A stretch of DNA of 63,995 nt, filler included, from Circinaria calcarea (lineage: Eukaryota): NCBI GenBank assembly GCA_051942165.1. It is 11 parts of 11 records of this genome, joined end to end, with 100 filler letters (N's around TTAATTAATTAA, not from the genome) between each part and the next. Parts side by side here need not be neighbours in the genome. Positions count along the whole stretch, not along the records: positions 23,487 to 29,252 come from JAVECS010001795.1; positions 29,353 to 35,117 come from JAVECS010001796.1; positions 35,218 to 40,982 come from JAVECS010001797.1; 8 more parts are not named here. One strand, given 5' to 3'. Below the pieces are notes generated by a model. The model did no database searches. It had not been told where the DNA came from and was given only the letters and a program-made list of their open reading frames with translations. The position numbers and the translations under genes were made by a program. Shown in pieces: positions 24,383 through 36,359 of the stretch (its first letter is position 1; each line of letters opens with the position of its first letter).

Positions 24383-25998
24383 TCACAAAGGAACCTCTAC
24401 CATAGCAAGGACTTCTTCGATCACTTGTTCGGCAGTAACTCCCTCAAGAAGTGCGGCGACCGCGGTAAGGTCACTACCGTACTGCATACTCCTTTCGTGT
24501 TCAGGAGCGACGATGGTAATGCGATGTCGATAGATCTTCCGAGCCGCCAGAGCGACTAGGGATGGGGTTACATACTCAAGATTGTGGAGCGGAGCAAGGC
24601 ATCTAAAGGGAAGTCATTACTGAAATCTGATATCAAAGTAGGGATTCACAGACTTGACAAGAAGCTCAAAGTGTTTAGTGGCTTGGGGAGATATCCCTCC
24701 TGCGACTGCACGATGCATCCTTAAGAAGGTGAGCACGTTATGCAGATAGCGTCTAACTTCCACTTCAAGGTTGACCTTTTTACTAAGCTCTGTGAGCAGT
24801 AGGACCTCCTTATTCCGTATGAGCAGGAGCTGTCAGTCAGGGCTATGAATCTTACCTCAGAGGGGAGGACAGGCTCTCGACTGGTTCCTTGCACCACGGT
24901 CTTGTGAACAACGGATGACAACGAAGCTCGGTCATCTTCGACCCACTGAGAGCTCTCCTCGAGATTGGCAAATCCATCTTCTGGGTTGTGGAAATGAGAA
25001 ATAAAAATAAGGTCATTCTAGATCAAGTCAGTCCGAGATCTGCTCTGGGATGGTAAGGTCATACTAGGTGCTTAACCAAAGGTGGGCTATTAGTGGATAT
25101 TAGGGCGACAATCAAGAATGGCTTCGGCGCTGCGTATACAGCGGTGTGTGTAAAAAGACGATTCGTGCGGAGGAGCTGCCTTTATGTCAACATTCCCCAT
25201 ACCACTAGGAACCCATCTTCTACCTCTAATGCTTGTATTTGAATCTGATGGCCGGCCAAGTTAAGATCTCTAGCTATCACTATGTTGGCTAAAGTTCGGT
25301 CACCCTCAACTTCGGATTGATGAAGACCCAAGGACGATCTTCTGCGACTTGGTAGTGAGTTCTGATAATAATGTATCAGTTCAACCATCGCGAAGCAGAC
25401 AGCAACTAATATGTCAATGGCAATAAAATATTGAGGTGGAAGAAACTCAATCAGATCTCTAGTTAATCCTGTTCTGCGATGCTGCCATCAACCGACGTAA
25501 ACCGGGTCTACAATAAATTGCCATTCTTAATAACTGGACTGGAGAAGAAACAGTCTCTGCTGCTATCAAGAAGGTTCAAGGTTTGTAGGTAGTTCGATAG
25601 GAATAGCCAGAAGAGAAGACGAGGACCGTTACTGAGTGGGAAAAAACACTCTGTTCCGATATGTGTAACGCCTACCTTGGAGAAGTCACCTCCATTGCTT
25701 GACCGCTTGGGGATTAAGACACCGCTACTAAAGTCCTCAAAAGTAGTTGTTGAGGAGCAGTTTACCACCACGGCAGACAATCCAAACACATTGGCAGTAA
25801 CCTGATAAACGTGTCTCAGCCCATGGCAGATGTAAGAGAAGGTAATTGTCATACCAGCTGGAGTTCTTCTTGGAGAGCATCGAGAGCATCACCCTCGGTC
25901 TCAATGATACAGTGTTGATTAGCAACAAGACAAAGAAGTGTTGCAAGCTCAACATCAGTCAATTCCTGTACTTTTGCAGCAATCATTTGTGGCTCCAT
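24383..25998 (-). CDS. Mtc2-like / magnesium-chelatase-like degenerate AAA protein, multi-exon
   Basis: Exons encode VQELTDVELATLLCLVANQHCII, NIVIARDLNLAGHQIQIQALE, YLHNVLTFLRMHRAVAGGISPQATKHF, YVTPSLVALAARKIYRHRI..ERSMQYGSDL..VEVPL*; an alternative start lies at 26028. Confidence 0.75.
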
Positions 25999-26266
25999 TG
26001 AATTTCGCGCTCGAGCCTCCACCGCCATAGCTATGACTGCAATCAATATGCCGCATGACAGTTGTCAGGACTGTATTTCTTCTTATTTACAAATGGGGAA
26101 CGACAATCTGGGAGAACGGAGCGATGGGGCTGAATTCACCGGGGGGGAAGATCCTTATCCCAACCAGGAAGGTGATGCGAAGCGTACGTACCCTCGCTTA
26201 TTTCTACTCTCGCTCTACTTCTGTGCCAGAGGAGAGCAGACACTTGGATGCAATCATTTCTTAGCA

Positions 26267-29005
26267 ATGTCAAATCCCACAGCTGACTGGGAAAGAGTCG
26301 GGGATAGATACTACCGGAAGATTAAGCTCTATGATGCGGTATTCGACCAGGACCTCGAATTGGAGAATTATATCATAACCGGTGCTCCATATAGTGGTGC
26401 CATTGGTGAGCACATCCATAGTAACACCAGTCTGCTCTCTGATTGTAATCAGCTCTATACCGAGACGAGGAGAAAATACATGCATACAGGGGTACACAAG
26501 CGGCCAAGTCAGGCATCGACGTTTACAGTTGTGCTGGGAAACTGATTCGCCGAATCAACGTAACTGCTGCCCCTTTCTGGATTTTCCAAACGAGAGTTCC
26601 TGATATGCTTAGTGGGACAAAGGCTCGATCCGTGGATTAGGATGGTCGGAAGACGAGAAGCTACTTGTCGTCACCGAAGATGGCATGGTCCGTTGCTATT
26701 ATGACCTACAAGGCGACTTTACCCAATTCTCTCTTGGCCATGTAAGCACTTCAGACCATGTCTACACCACCTTCTGTCTGATGAACAAAGCATTAGGGTG
26801 CAGAAGTGCACAGAGTAGCGGCTTGCCGCTTCTGGGGCTCTGGATTTGTAGCCATTCTATCAAACAATCATCTCATTGCTGTCTCACAGTACGTTGAGCC
26901 ACGGCCGAGACTCCTGGCGACACCGCCCGAAGGCACCGTGCACTCGTGGAGCTTGATACCTCCCAACTACACGCTCTCCCGGTCTGTCGAGGTACTCCTT
27001 GCAATCGGTCAAACCATTTATGTTGTAGATACTGCAGAAGCCGAAGACCGCATTTTACAGAACGGGCCGTTCAAGCATATCAGCGTTTCACCGAATGGGC
27101 AGTTCGTGACTCTGTATACAGAGGATGGCAAGGTCTGGGTTATTAGCAGCGATTTCCAGAATAAGTATAGCGAGTATGATTCAAAGGCCAAGACTGTGCC
27201 GAAGGACGTGCAATGGTGCGGGAATAATTCTGTTGTATTGGCATGGGAGGACGAAGTTCATATGGTAGGACCAAATGGAGCAGCTCTAAAGTAAGTTACT
27301 CAGCCGTCCAACCGATCGACAGGGCACCTGATTCCAAAGCACAGGTATTTTTATGATGGTTGGGTTCATTTACTTGCCGATATTGATGGTGTTCGGTTGA
27401 TTACGAATGATGTCTGTGAATTTCTACAGAAGGTACCTGGTAAGTTATTATAATCGAAGCCTATATCTGACTACTAACTCCATACCAGATGACACGGAAG
27501 AGGTTTTCAAGCTTGGCTCTACAGCGTCAGCTGCGGTGTTGTTAGATGCTGTAGATCAGCTCGAGAAGAAGTCGCCGAAAGCAGATGACAATATCCAACT
27601 CATTAGATCAAATCTCGACGAGGCTATTGACACGTGCATTCGCGCAGCCGGTCAGGAATACAGTTCCCATTGGCAAAAGCAACTCTTGAAAGCAGCATCG
27701 TTTGGAAAATCAGTACTCGACATCTACAACAGCGATGAGTTTGTCAACATGTGCGAAACTCTACGAGTTCTAAACGCTGTCAGGGACTACCGGATAGGTT
27801 TACCCCTATCGTACGACCAATATCTTCGGCTTACTCCAGCCAAGCTAATTCAACGACTCGTAAACCGCCAAGAGTACCTGTTGAGTATCCGATTATCTGA
27901 GTATCTCCGCTTATCAACCGACAAAATCTATGTACACTGGGCTTCCTCCAAGGTTCGGAATTCTACATCTGACGAGGATACAATCTGCAATGCAGTCGTG
28001 ACAAAGCTTAAAGACAAACGGGGTGTCTCATTCGAGACAATAGCTCGAGCAGCGTACGACGAAGGTCGCGGTCATCTAGCCACCCAACTACTTGATCACG
28101 AACCACGTGCCGGCAAACAAGTTCCTCTACTTCTCTCCATGGAAGAAGACTCCATCGCTCTCGACAAAGCCATCGAAAGCGGCGACACGGACCTAATCTT
28201 TTTCGTTCTCCTCCACCTCAAAAAGAAACTCCCCCTCGCCTCCTTTTTCCGCCTCATCAGCTCCCGGCCTCTCGCATCCGCCATCGTCGAATCCTCCGCC
28301 GCGGCTCAAGACACCTCTCTCCTCAAAGACCTCTACTACCAAGACGACCGTCTCCTCCCTTCGTCCAACCTCCTTCTCGCCGACGCCCTCGCCCAAAGTA
28401 CGCTGCAGGCCAAACTTGACAAGCTCAAACTCGCCGCCAAAGCCCTCGCCGACAGTAAAGACCCCACCGCGCTGCTGCACCAGAAATCTCTCCAGGACGC
28501 CCAGCAGCTCCTCCGCATCCAGGACTCCTTGGACAAGGACCTCGCCGGCACTTACACCGGCCTCAGTCTCAACACCACCCTCCACCACCTCATCCAGTCC
28601 AACTATCTCAAGCGCGCCGCCAAGATCCAGTCCGAGTTCCGGGTGCCCGAAAAGGTCTACGCCTGGATCCGCCTGCGTGCCCTCGTCGCCAGCCGCAACT
28701 GGGGCGAGCTCGAGGAACTGGCCAAGGCGCGCAAGAGCCCCATTGGCTGGGAAGCCTACTTTTCCGAGATCCTCGCCGCGGGCAACAGCAAGCTGGCGGG
28801 TGCTTTTGTGTCCAAGTGCACGGGTTTGACGGCGCAGGAAAGGAGCGAGATGTGGGTCAAGTGCGGGTTGGTGCTCAAGGGCGCCGAGGAGCTGGTGCGG
28901 GTCAAGGATTTGAGCGGATTGGAGGCGTTGAGAGGGAGAAGTGGGGATCGGGGGGTCAGTGGGGAGTTGGAGAGGATGATTGCCGGGTTGAGGGGGAGAA
29001 GGTGA
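26267..29005 (+). CDS. VPS16: Vacuolar protein sorting protein 16 (HOPS/CORVET subunit)
   Basis: MSNPTADWERVGDRYYRK, GAPYSGAI, QKQLLKAASFGKS, EPRAGKQVPLLL, ALDKAIESGDTDL, KSPIGWE; about five GT-AG introns. Confidence 0.96.
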
Positions 29006-29352
29006 GGTGAGGTGAGATGGATGTAGTAGCGGTGTTTGGGTCGGGGGGATATTTTGGGGTTTGTGAAGGGATTGTATTTCCAATCTTCAGCTCAAAGTAC
29101 GATCATACCCTAATGTTATGGGAATTGCCATCATTACCCACTACAATAATCCAGCGCTTGTGATATAGCTGTTCTCATGAAGATGTACTTACAACCCTGA
29201 CATCCTTGTGTGTATGTGTATGTGTGTATGTGGGCTTTCTACGGAGGGAAACNNNNNNNNNNNNNNNNNNNNNNNNNNNNNNNNNNNNNNNNNNNNTTAA
29301 TTAATTAANNNNNNNNNNNNNNNNNNNNNNNNNNNNNNNNNNNNNNNNNNNN

Positions 29353-30508
29353 GGGAGAGGGAAAGGTCGGGTTGGGAGTCGGAGGCGGACGGGCTGAGAC
29401 TGCGGTCGCGTCCTGCTGCTTGGGAGGGGGACGAAGACTGAAAGGAGGTCGCGATTGAGGATTTGCGACCGGGCCCGTGGGAACTTGATGTCCGTCTTTG
29501 CTGCGGGGGTCCGCCAAGTTTGAAGATGTGGACTGTGTCGGTGGCGGAGGAGACGCAGAGGAGGGAAGAGATGGCGTTGAATGACATGCTGTATATGCGC
29601 GAGGGCATGCTGCCTCGCCGGAACTGGTAGAGTTTCTGGGCTGAAGGGACAGTGAAGACGCGGATGATGGTGCCTTTGTCGGAGGCTGTGGCAAGGAGGG
29701 TACCGGTGCTATTGAGGGTGATGCAGGAGAGAGGAGAACGGTGGGCTTCGGCGACGTTGATGGCTTCGAGTTTTAGGGTGTCGTAGAGGAGGACATCGCC
29801 GCTTGTGGGCGGTACGTGAGTACCTGTTGGAGGTGCGTGAGAGGGTGGAGCAAATGTTGTGGGAACGGCCTTTTGGGGGAGAGGGTAGGCAAGGTAGCAG
29901 TTCTCGGAGGAGGAGGAAAGGGCGCAAATTGCTGTTGGGAATTAGCGGAGGAGCAGTATCTCAGGAGTGGAAAGCGGTACCGTGTGGATTGGGGGACGTC
30001 TCGATTGTGTGGAGGAGCTTCATGTTACTGATGTCGTAGAGGTATATTTGGTCTTCTAATATCACCACTAGGCGCTTTCTGTTTAGCCGCACTGCCAGGA
30101 CTGTTGTAGGGAAGGTGAGTTCGCATATCGTTGAATCCCTCTACGAACAGATCTCGTCAGCCAAGTCGATTTCCAATCTCTTGGAGGGGCAGCCATGACA
30201 GTTTGCGGAGTGGTTCCTGTATGAGGGGGACAAGGTCGGACGGACCTTGGTATTCTTGATCTGCAACCTTCGCGGCGAAAGGATCAGGGCTACTAGCGAG
30301 GTGGAGAACAGCATCTCCAACATGGCTATATCCCCTTCCTTGGTCTCGAAACATTTTGCAAAAGGATCCGTGGTGTATATCCGGAAGCCCCGCGATGTAC
30401 CTGTTCCCGTTGCTATTAGGCATGGATAGCGACTTGGGGTGGAAACCCTTCCGTACCGACTGCTAGGTGACTATAGTCCTGATTGAAGGTGACGAAGTTC
30501 ATGGACAT
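29353..30508 (-). CDS. ATG18: Autophagy PROPPIN Atg18 (3' truncated)
   Basis: [63 protein letters not shown] (FRRG phosphoinositide motif). Confidence 0.96.
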
Positions 30509-30921
30509 GGTGTCGTAGAAGCTGTTTCACAAAGGCGTCTATAGTGTTGTCCGCTGCGCATCGAATGGCGCATGCTCATATACTTGGTGACCTGGATACT
30601 CGAACGGTTGACAAGCAGTTTGTCGGTACGGAGTAGTCCAGTCTGTCTCTATGGGGCCTTGGACATCTGTACGACGGTGTAACACCAATTGCGGTTGCTA
30701 CTTCGTACTGCACTTTACAATCAGATAGCTCGTCTCCGGGAAAAGTTGAAGTCACACTGCAGACTGCCGTAGTAGTGCTCGAAATATGCCAAGCCTCAGC
30801 CTTGTTTTAAGCGAGAAGCCTACTAGACAGTAAGCCGGTATCCAGTAACTTACATCTTCGCTACCTAGAATGAACCATCCACGGCCCCGCCGTAGTCAGT
30901 GTGGATTAATTTCAATGATCG

Positions 30922-33900
30922 ATGAAGACGTTTGCAAATAAAGCGGCGATGCAACAGTTGAAGCTCAACGCGGCCAGACGAGCGGCCCAAGATGACTCGA
31001 TCATGGGCGTATGGCTGTCTTATCGATTCTTCGACGTATCACAGCTTACGGATAACAACAGACCAACAACAGCAGCATTGTTTCTAAACGGAGTGTTGAG
31101 CGGCTGTATTTCCCGGAGCCGCATTTCTTTAGGTACTTTGTGAAAAAACCACAGCGGCGGTCTCCGCTCATCAATCGGGGCTATTGGCTGCGGATGTATG
31201 CTGTCGAGCATGTTGTTCAACGATTCCTTCACGAACCTACGGAGAAACGGAGAGTCGTGATAAATTTGGGATGTGGGTAGTGAGTAAGACAACCTAAGCG
31301 TCCAAGGAGCCCATGGTACAGGCAGGTTGACCGTCGTTTAGCGACCCCTTGGCTTTTCAAATGTTGGGGAGAGAAAAGATAGAATGCGGCAACGCTCTTT
31401 TCGTCGACGTCGACTACCCCCAATTGACGGAAAAGAAAATTGAACTTATACTAGCCACGCCACAGCTGCATGGATTGCTGCGGGACGTGGAAACCTCTGC
31501 CAATTCGGAAACCGTGCAATTGCGGAGCGATTGTTATCTGGCGGTAGGATGTGATCTTAAAAATCTCGAAGAGCTGGAGTCTGCTTTATCGAAAGAGCTC
31601 GAATTAGCAAAATGTGTTTTCTTACTGACAGCAGAGGTTTCGGTGACGTACATGGACGTCCAGGCTGCAGACGCTCTTATCTCATGGGCGGCTAGATTTG
31701 GGGACGGTACGGTATTAACCAGCTTTCCCTGAATGGAATTGAAAATTGATCACCTTCATAGTCCGTTTCTGTCTTCTGGAGCAATACATTCCAAACGGAG
31801 CCGATCACCCCTTTGCGAAAACTATGATAAATCACTTCAAGAAACTACAGACTCCTCTGCAGTCTATTCACCGCTATCCGAACCTAGTGGATCAGCGTCG
31901 TCGTTTTCTTAGTGCAGGGTGGTCATTTGTAACAGCCAGAAACTTATGGGATCTGTGGAATGACGATGCTTTCTTGACGGCAGAACAGAGGACACGACTC
32001 AACGCCGTAGAACCATTTGACGAATGGGAAGAGTTTGCACTCTTCGCGTGTCATTACTTTCTACTCTTGGCAGTCAACTGCCCTGCATCTGTTGCGCGGA
32101 TCTCTCAGCTGGGTGGCAGTATGGAGGCTGACGTTGAGCTTTCGGATGAATCGAATGCGCTTCCTCGCACATTTTCAAACTTCTCACCTGACCTACAATG
32201 GAAACATCTTGTACAGGCCCCGACTCAGAGAAGATATGGTGCTATAAGCCACGCGAGCTACCAAGTATTAGCCCATCATGGCGGTCTTGGAGCCCAGAGG
32301 AGACTTCAATCTACCGATGTCTACGCTCTTGCCAAACAATCACTTTCTGTTGATCAACATGACGCCTCTCCACCATCGGTAGCGATTGATGCTCGCATGT
32401 GTCACACCATTACAGAGCTGGGGTGCTCTGGTAGTCTACTCGTTGGTGGACGAGCGTCTCCAGATCATGCACTTGCTGACTGTTGGCTTAGGAGTGGTAC
32501 AAAGTGGGACAGGGTTAATGATCTCCCAACAGCACTATACAGACACTGTGCGGTTTGTGTAGGAGCTAGAGGGGAATCCTTGGGGGTACTTGTGTTTGGG
32601 GGAAGATCGGATCGGGGGATTGTTATGAATGACTGGCTCCTATGGAAAGATTCCGTCGGCTGGTCAAGGCTGGACTGCTTAGAAGCTACCCCAGAGCCTC
32701 GATTCGGTGCCGCAATGGTGGCTATTTCGTCTACGGCGGGTATCTTGTTAGGCGGTCTTAGTGGGGACGGTGCTATCCTCTCCGAACTGTGGCAATGGTC
32801 AATCGAAAACTTTGCAACTAATCCCCGGATCATCGTCGAGAATCAAAGTCACCAGGTCCAAGCATTCCCTCTTCTATCTCATGTGATGTGCCGGTTCGGA
32901 GCACGCATGGAATGGTCCCAGTCCGGTCTGCTACTTGTTGGCGGGATCTCGGGGCGAATGCTACTTCAAGACTGTTATGATGTCCTTGGACTAATCCCGG
33001 ATAGAATAGAAAACCGCCAAAATAAGTTTATGCTGCAGCCATTCCTAACAAAGGACCCTTCTTCTAACGAGCGTCGTCATCTCTTGGTTGGCCATTCTAC
33101 AGCCCCACATACTGATGGAATAGTGACTGTTGGGGGTGGAGCCGTCTGCTTTTCGTTCGGTACGTACTGGAATACCGGGATCTGGTCGCTCGATAGTATA
33201 AGCCCTTCCTTACTGCCAACCTGGGAACTACTGGAGCAGCCTAAACGCCCATCATTACTTGAGCCGAAAGGCCCCCCTCGAAAAGCTGGCAGCAAAGAAG
33301 GCTCTTTGGGAAACTCTCTGAGCTCTCCGACAACTGTTTCGACCAAACGAATTAAAAATCCCATTGATTTCGAGCACATTGTCCGCATGTCACAGCCTGC
33401 TATGCTTCAAGGGTTAGATGTCGGGCCCTGCGTCAAGAAATGGACGTGGGACTATCTCAAGAACACAGTCAACTCGGAACGTCAGGTAAGGTGAAGACTT
33501 TCAGGGCTCCTCGTCAAATGATCTGACAGCAGTAGGTTGTGGTTCACGAAGCTGCTACTCAACACATGAACTTTCAGGATAAGAATTTCAAGTACTCTAC
33601 GAAGCCTTTCGGGGTCTTTCTCGATGATATAAATTCAGGTGCTAGGCAATATCTCAGGTCCTTAGCATCGGAAAAACCAGCGGACAAGCCTACCGAGTTT
33701 GCAGTTGACTATCCAGAGATAGCTCCAGATTTCCAGTTACCTGAAGAGCTGCAGACAGTCAAGGAACATGCACATAGCTCGGTTCTTCGTATTTCTGGTC
33801 CTGTTACAATATGGCTGCACTACGACGTATGTGAAATCGCAAATATTTGAATTTCCCGTAGGTATGAAGCTGATAATTCAGGTCATGGCCAACGTCCTCT

Positions 33901-34349
33901 GCCAGGTCCGTGGCACTAAGCGGCTACTGCTGTATCCTCCTTCTGGTGTCCTGTATCTCGGTATTCCTCCTGGTGCTTCGAGCTCTACCTTTAGTGTCTT
34001 CGATGACGACAGATCCAGCGACGAACTCGTAACCCGCGCTCATCCACAGGAAGCAGTCCTCCATCCGGGAGACGTCCTCTTCATCCCGCCACTATGGGCA
34101 CATACCGCCTCTCCTACCGAAGGCACGAGTGTGGCGGTCAATGTCTTCTTCCGCAACCTCGAGAGGGGATATGCTGCTGGCAGAGATGTCTACGGCAACC
34201 GAGACCTGCAGGCGTATGAAAAGGGACGGAAAGATGTTGAGAAGATTGCTAAAGCCTTTGACGGTCTGCCCCCAGACATGGGTCGGTTTTACATGGAGCG
34301 ACTGGCTGAAGAGCTCCGGGCAAAGGCGCTTCAAAAGGACATTGGCTAA
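30922..34349 (+). CDS. PPM2: tRNA wybutosine-synthesizing protein 4 / LCMT2 (LCM methyltransferase + Kelch repeats + JmjC)
   Basis: [50 protein letters not shown], Kelch GG motifs, C-terminal [29 protein letters not shown]. Confidence 0.93.
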
Positions 34350-35217
34350 GGCCCAAGCCTTTACTGTGAAGATCCTATCCTGTGCCCTCCCTTCCCTTTC
34401 CTTGAATACTCCCGCACGGGAAGTTGTTCACTAGAGCAGCGAAGACAGCAGAGAACGGGTAAGATGGTGGATAAGAGAGTGGTAGATGCAGAAAAGTGGA
34501 GGGGTGGTTCATTTATGGGGTTTAGCTAAATTTTGTAAGAGGTTTATTATATTAACAGACCTTTTCTGACGAATATCTAATATGATGATCCTTATGATAT
34601 TAGGCTTACGGTATCGGTGCCGGGCTCTCGTGCATGATAAATGTCCCAGTCACAATGGAGCCGTGTAAGGCTAGGCCGGGGCGCCCTCCGGAGCACAAGA
34701 TGATTGGCTGGGAGGTACTGTTGTTCCGCGCCCCACACAGCATCTTCCGATAATTAACCAATTGAGCTCGACCTCCTAATTGGATGGTGGGAATGCTACT
34801 TCTTTGCCTGGTTGCGAGTGCACTGTAAACGTAAGGCTACGCGATCGCCACGGCTCCCGCCAGGACTAAACTCCGGCTAGCGGATTTAGAAGCGGGGGGA
34901 ACTCCCATGGACACTATCGGCGAATGCGGGGGTGGGGCATCATTAGGCTATCGGCTCTTCGACCTCCAATGTTAGTGAATGTTAGCCTGCTCGCCTATAC
35001 TGCATCGGGCTGCGACAGCGTTTGTTATCGTTGGAGGGTTTCATGTGGTGGGCACGGATTGACCCTTGAGGTGATTCCAGATGCTGTGCATGGACGAACT
35101 CCTCCTTTCCCTGGCCCNNNNNNNNNNNNNNNNNNNNNNNNNNNNNNNNNNNNNNNNNNNNTTAATTAATTAANNNNNNNNNNNNNNNNNNNNNNNNNNN
35201 NNNNNNNNNNNNNNNNN

Positions 35218-35367
35218 CTCAGTCGTAGGACCTTTGCTTGGAGGAGCATTCACCGACTACGTGACATGGCGGCTGGTACTTGCCACTTAACGGATTCTAA
35301 TTACTTATGCTAATTCTTTCAAACAAACAGGTGTTTCTACATCAATCTTATAATTGGCGGTGTTACA
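35218..35367 (+). pseudogene. Fragment of a DHA2/DHA14 MFS drug transporter, apparently frameshifted and abruptly truncated
   Basis: SVVGPLLGGAFTDYVTWR / intron / CFYINLIIGGV matches GPLLGGAFTD.VTWRWCFYINLPIGG; homology stops at ~35367. Confidence 0.75.
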
Positions 35368-35614
35368 TATACGAAGTTATAGGGCTTATTAAGTCACTTA
35401 CCCAAGGGTAATTTATGGTCCATGCTCCACACTCTCCACACACAGAAAGGAGGTGCATTACCGGGAAGGCGCTACTCCTTCGACAGGCTGCACGGTATAA
35501 CCGGAATATACATATGCCCTGAAACGAAGTGAAACGAAGTGGAAGGGTTTAACTTCGGCGCAAGGTCTCCTGAACCGAACCAAAATTTTGCGGTGTTGTC
35601 ACTCTGGCCGCAAC

Positions 35615-35722
35615 AATTACCTTATTAGGCTTAGTTTATCGCTCGATTGGGACTAGTTTCTTACTCAAACGGGCCTAGTTTTTCGCTCGAATAGGAAAAA
35701 ATTAACCTTATTCAGCGTAGTG
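35615..35722 (-). mobile_element. Possible DNA-transposon end (CACTA-like terminus with 22-bp subterminal repeats)
   Basis: The minus strand begins CACTACGCTGAATAAGG at 35722, followed by three ~22-bp repeats (ttagtttatcgctcgattggga / ctagtttcttactcaaacgggc / ctagtttttcgctcgaatagga); no partner end was found. Confidence 0.4.
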
Positions 35723-36100
35723 TACTTACTAGGGTCACCATGCTTTAGAATATGCTGCAGCTATCTTATAATATCGAAGTAATTGGAAAACCTATCTCGT
35801 TATACTCGATCCTTAACTATCTGGTGCGAGTATGAAAGAGTGATTTCTTTCTAAAATCTAAAGACTAGCTATATAGTATTGTACGCTAGGCAAAACCGTG
35901 CGGCGCGGTTTTGCCCGTGCTACTCTTAGAGTTTATAATATTATCAAAGCACCCAGAACCGAACGCAGTTTCTTAGAATTTCACGTGCGCGCTATGCAGT
36001 TCTCAAGTCGGAATGTTTTACTTTTGCGGAGCTATTAGATACCAGTATGTTTTTTGAGGCTCTCGACCGCTGAGGGTGGCAACTGAGATAAAACCCATTA

Positions 36101-36185
36101 CTCTCCAATTGTCTTTGCTCTCCAACCATCTTCACTCTCCAATCGCTTTTGCCCTCTAACCATCTTTGCTCTCCAATTAACCCTA
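36101..36185 (+). repeat. 17-bp minisatellite, ~5 copies (CTCTCCAAYYRTCTTTG-like)
   Basis: Units start at 36101, 36118, 36135, 36152 and 36169. Confidence 0.85.
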
Positions 36186-36359
36186 ACTTTCAACCCAATC
36201 ACCTTCCAATTACCTTTACAGCCGTTGAATATCACCTCACCGACATAAGCCTGGCTGCAAAGTACTTTTCTATCTCCTCTCACGATATCTGTGTGGAGAA
36301 TTTCGGCATTTGGAACACTATACCTTACAGTCACCTTCCCAAGCTTAGAATTGTACGAA

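Noticed and set aside
28193..29083. 296-aa antisense ORF over VPS16, and similar antisense ORFs over GH20, ADE5,7 and the sugar porter
   Set aside because: Shadow frames produced by GC-rich codon bias of the real gene.
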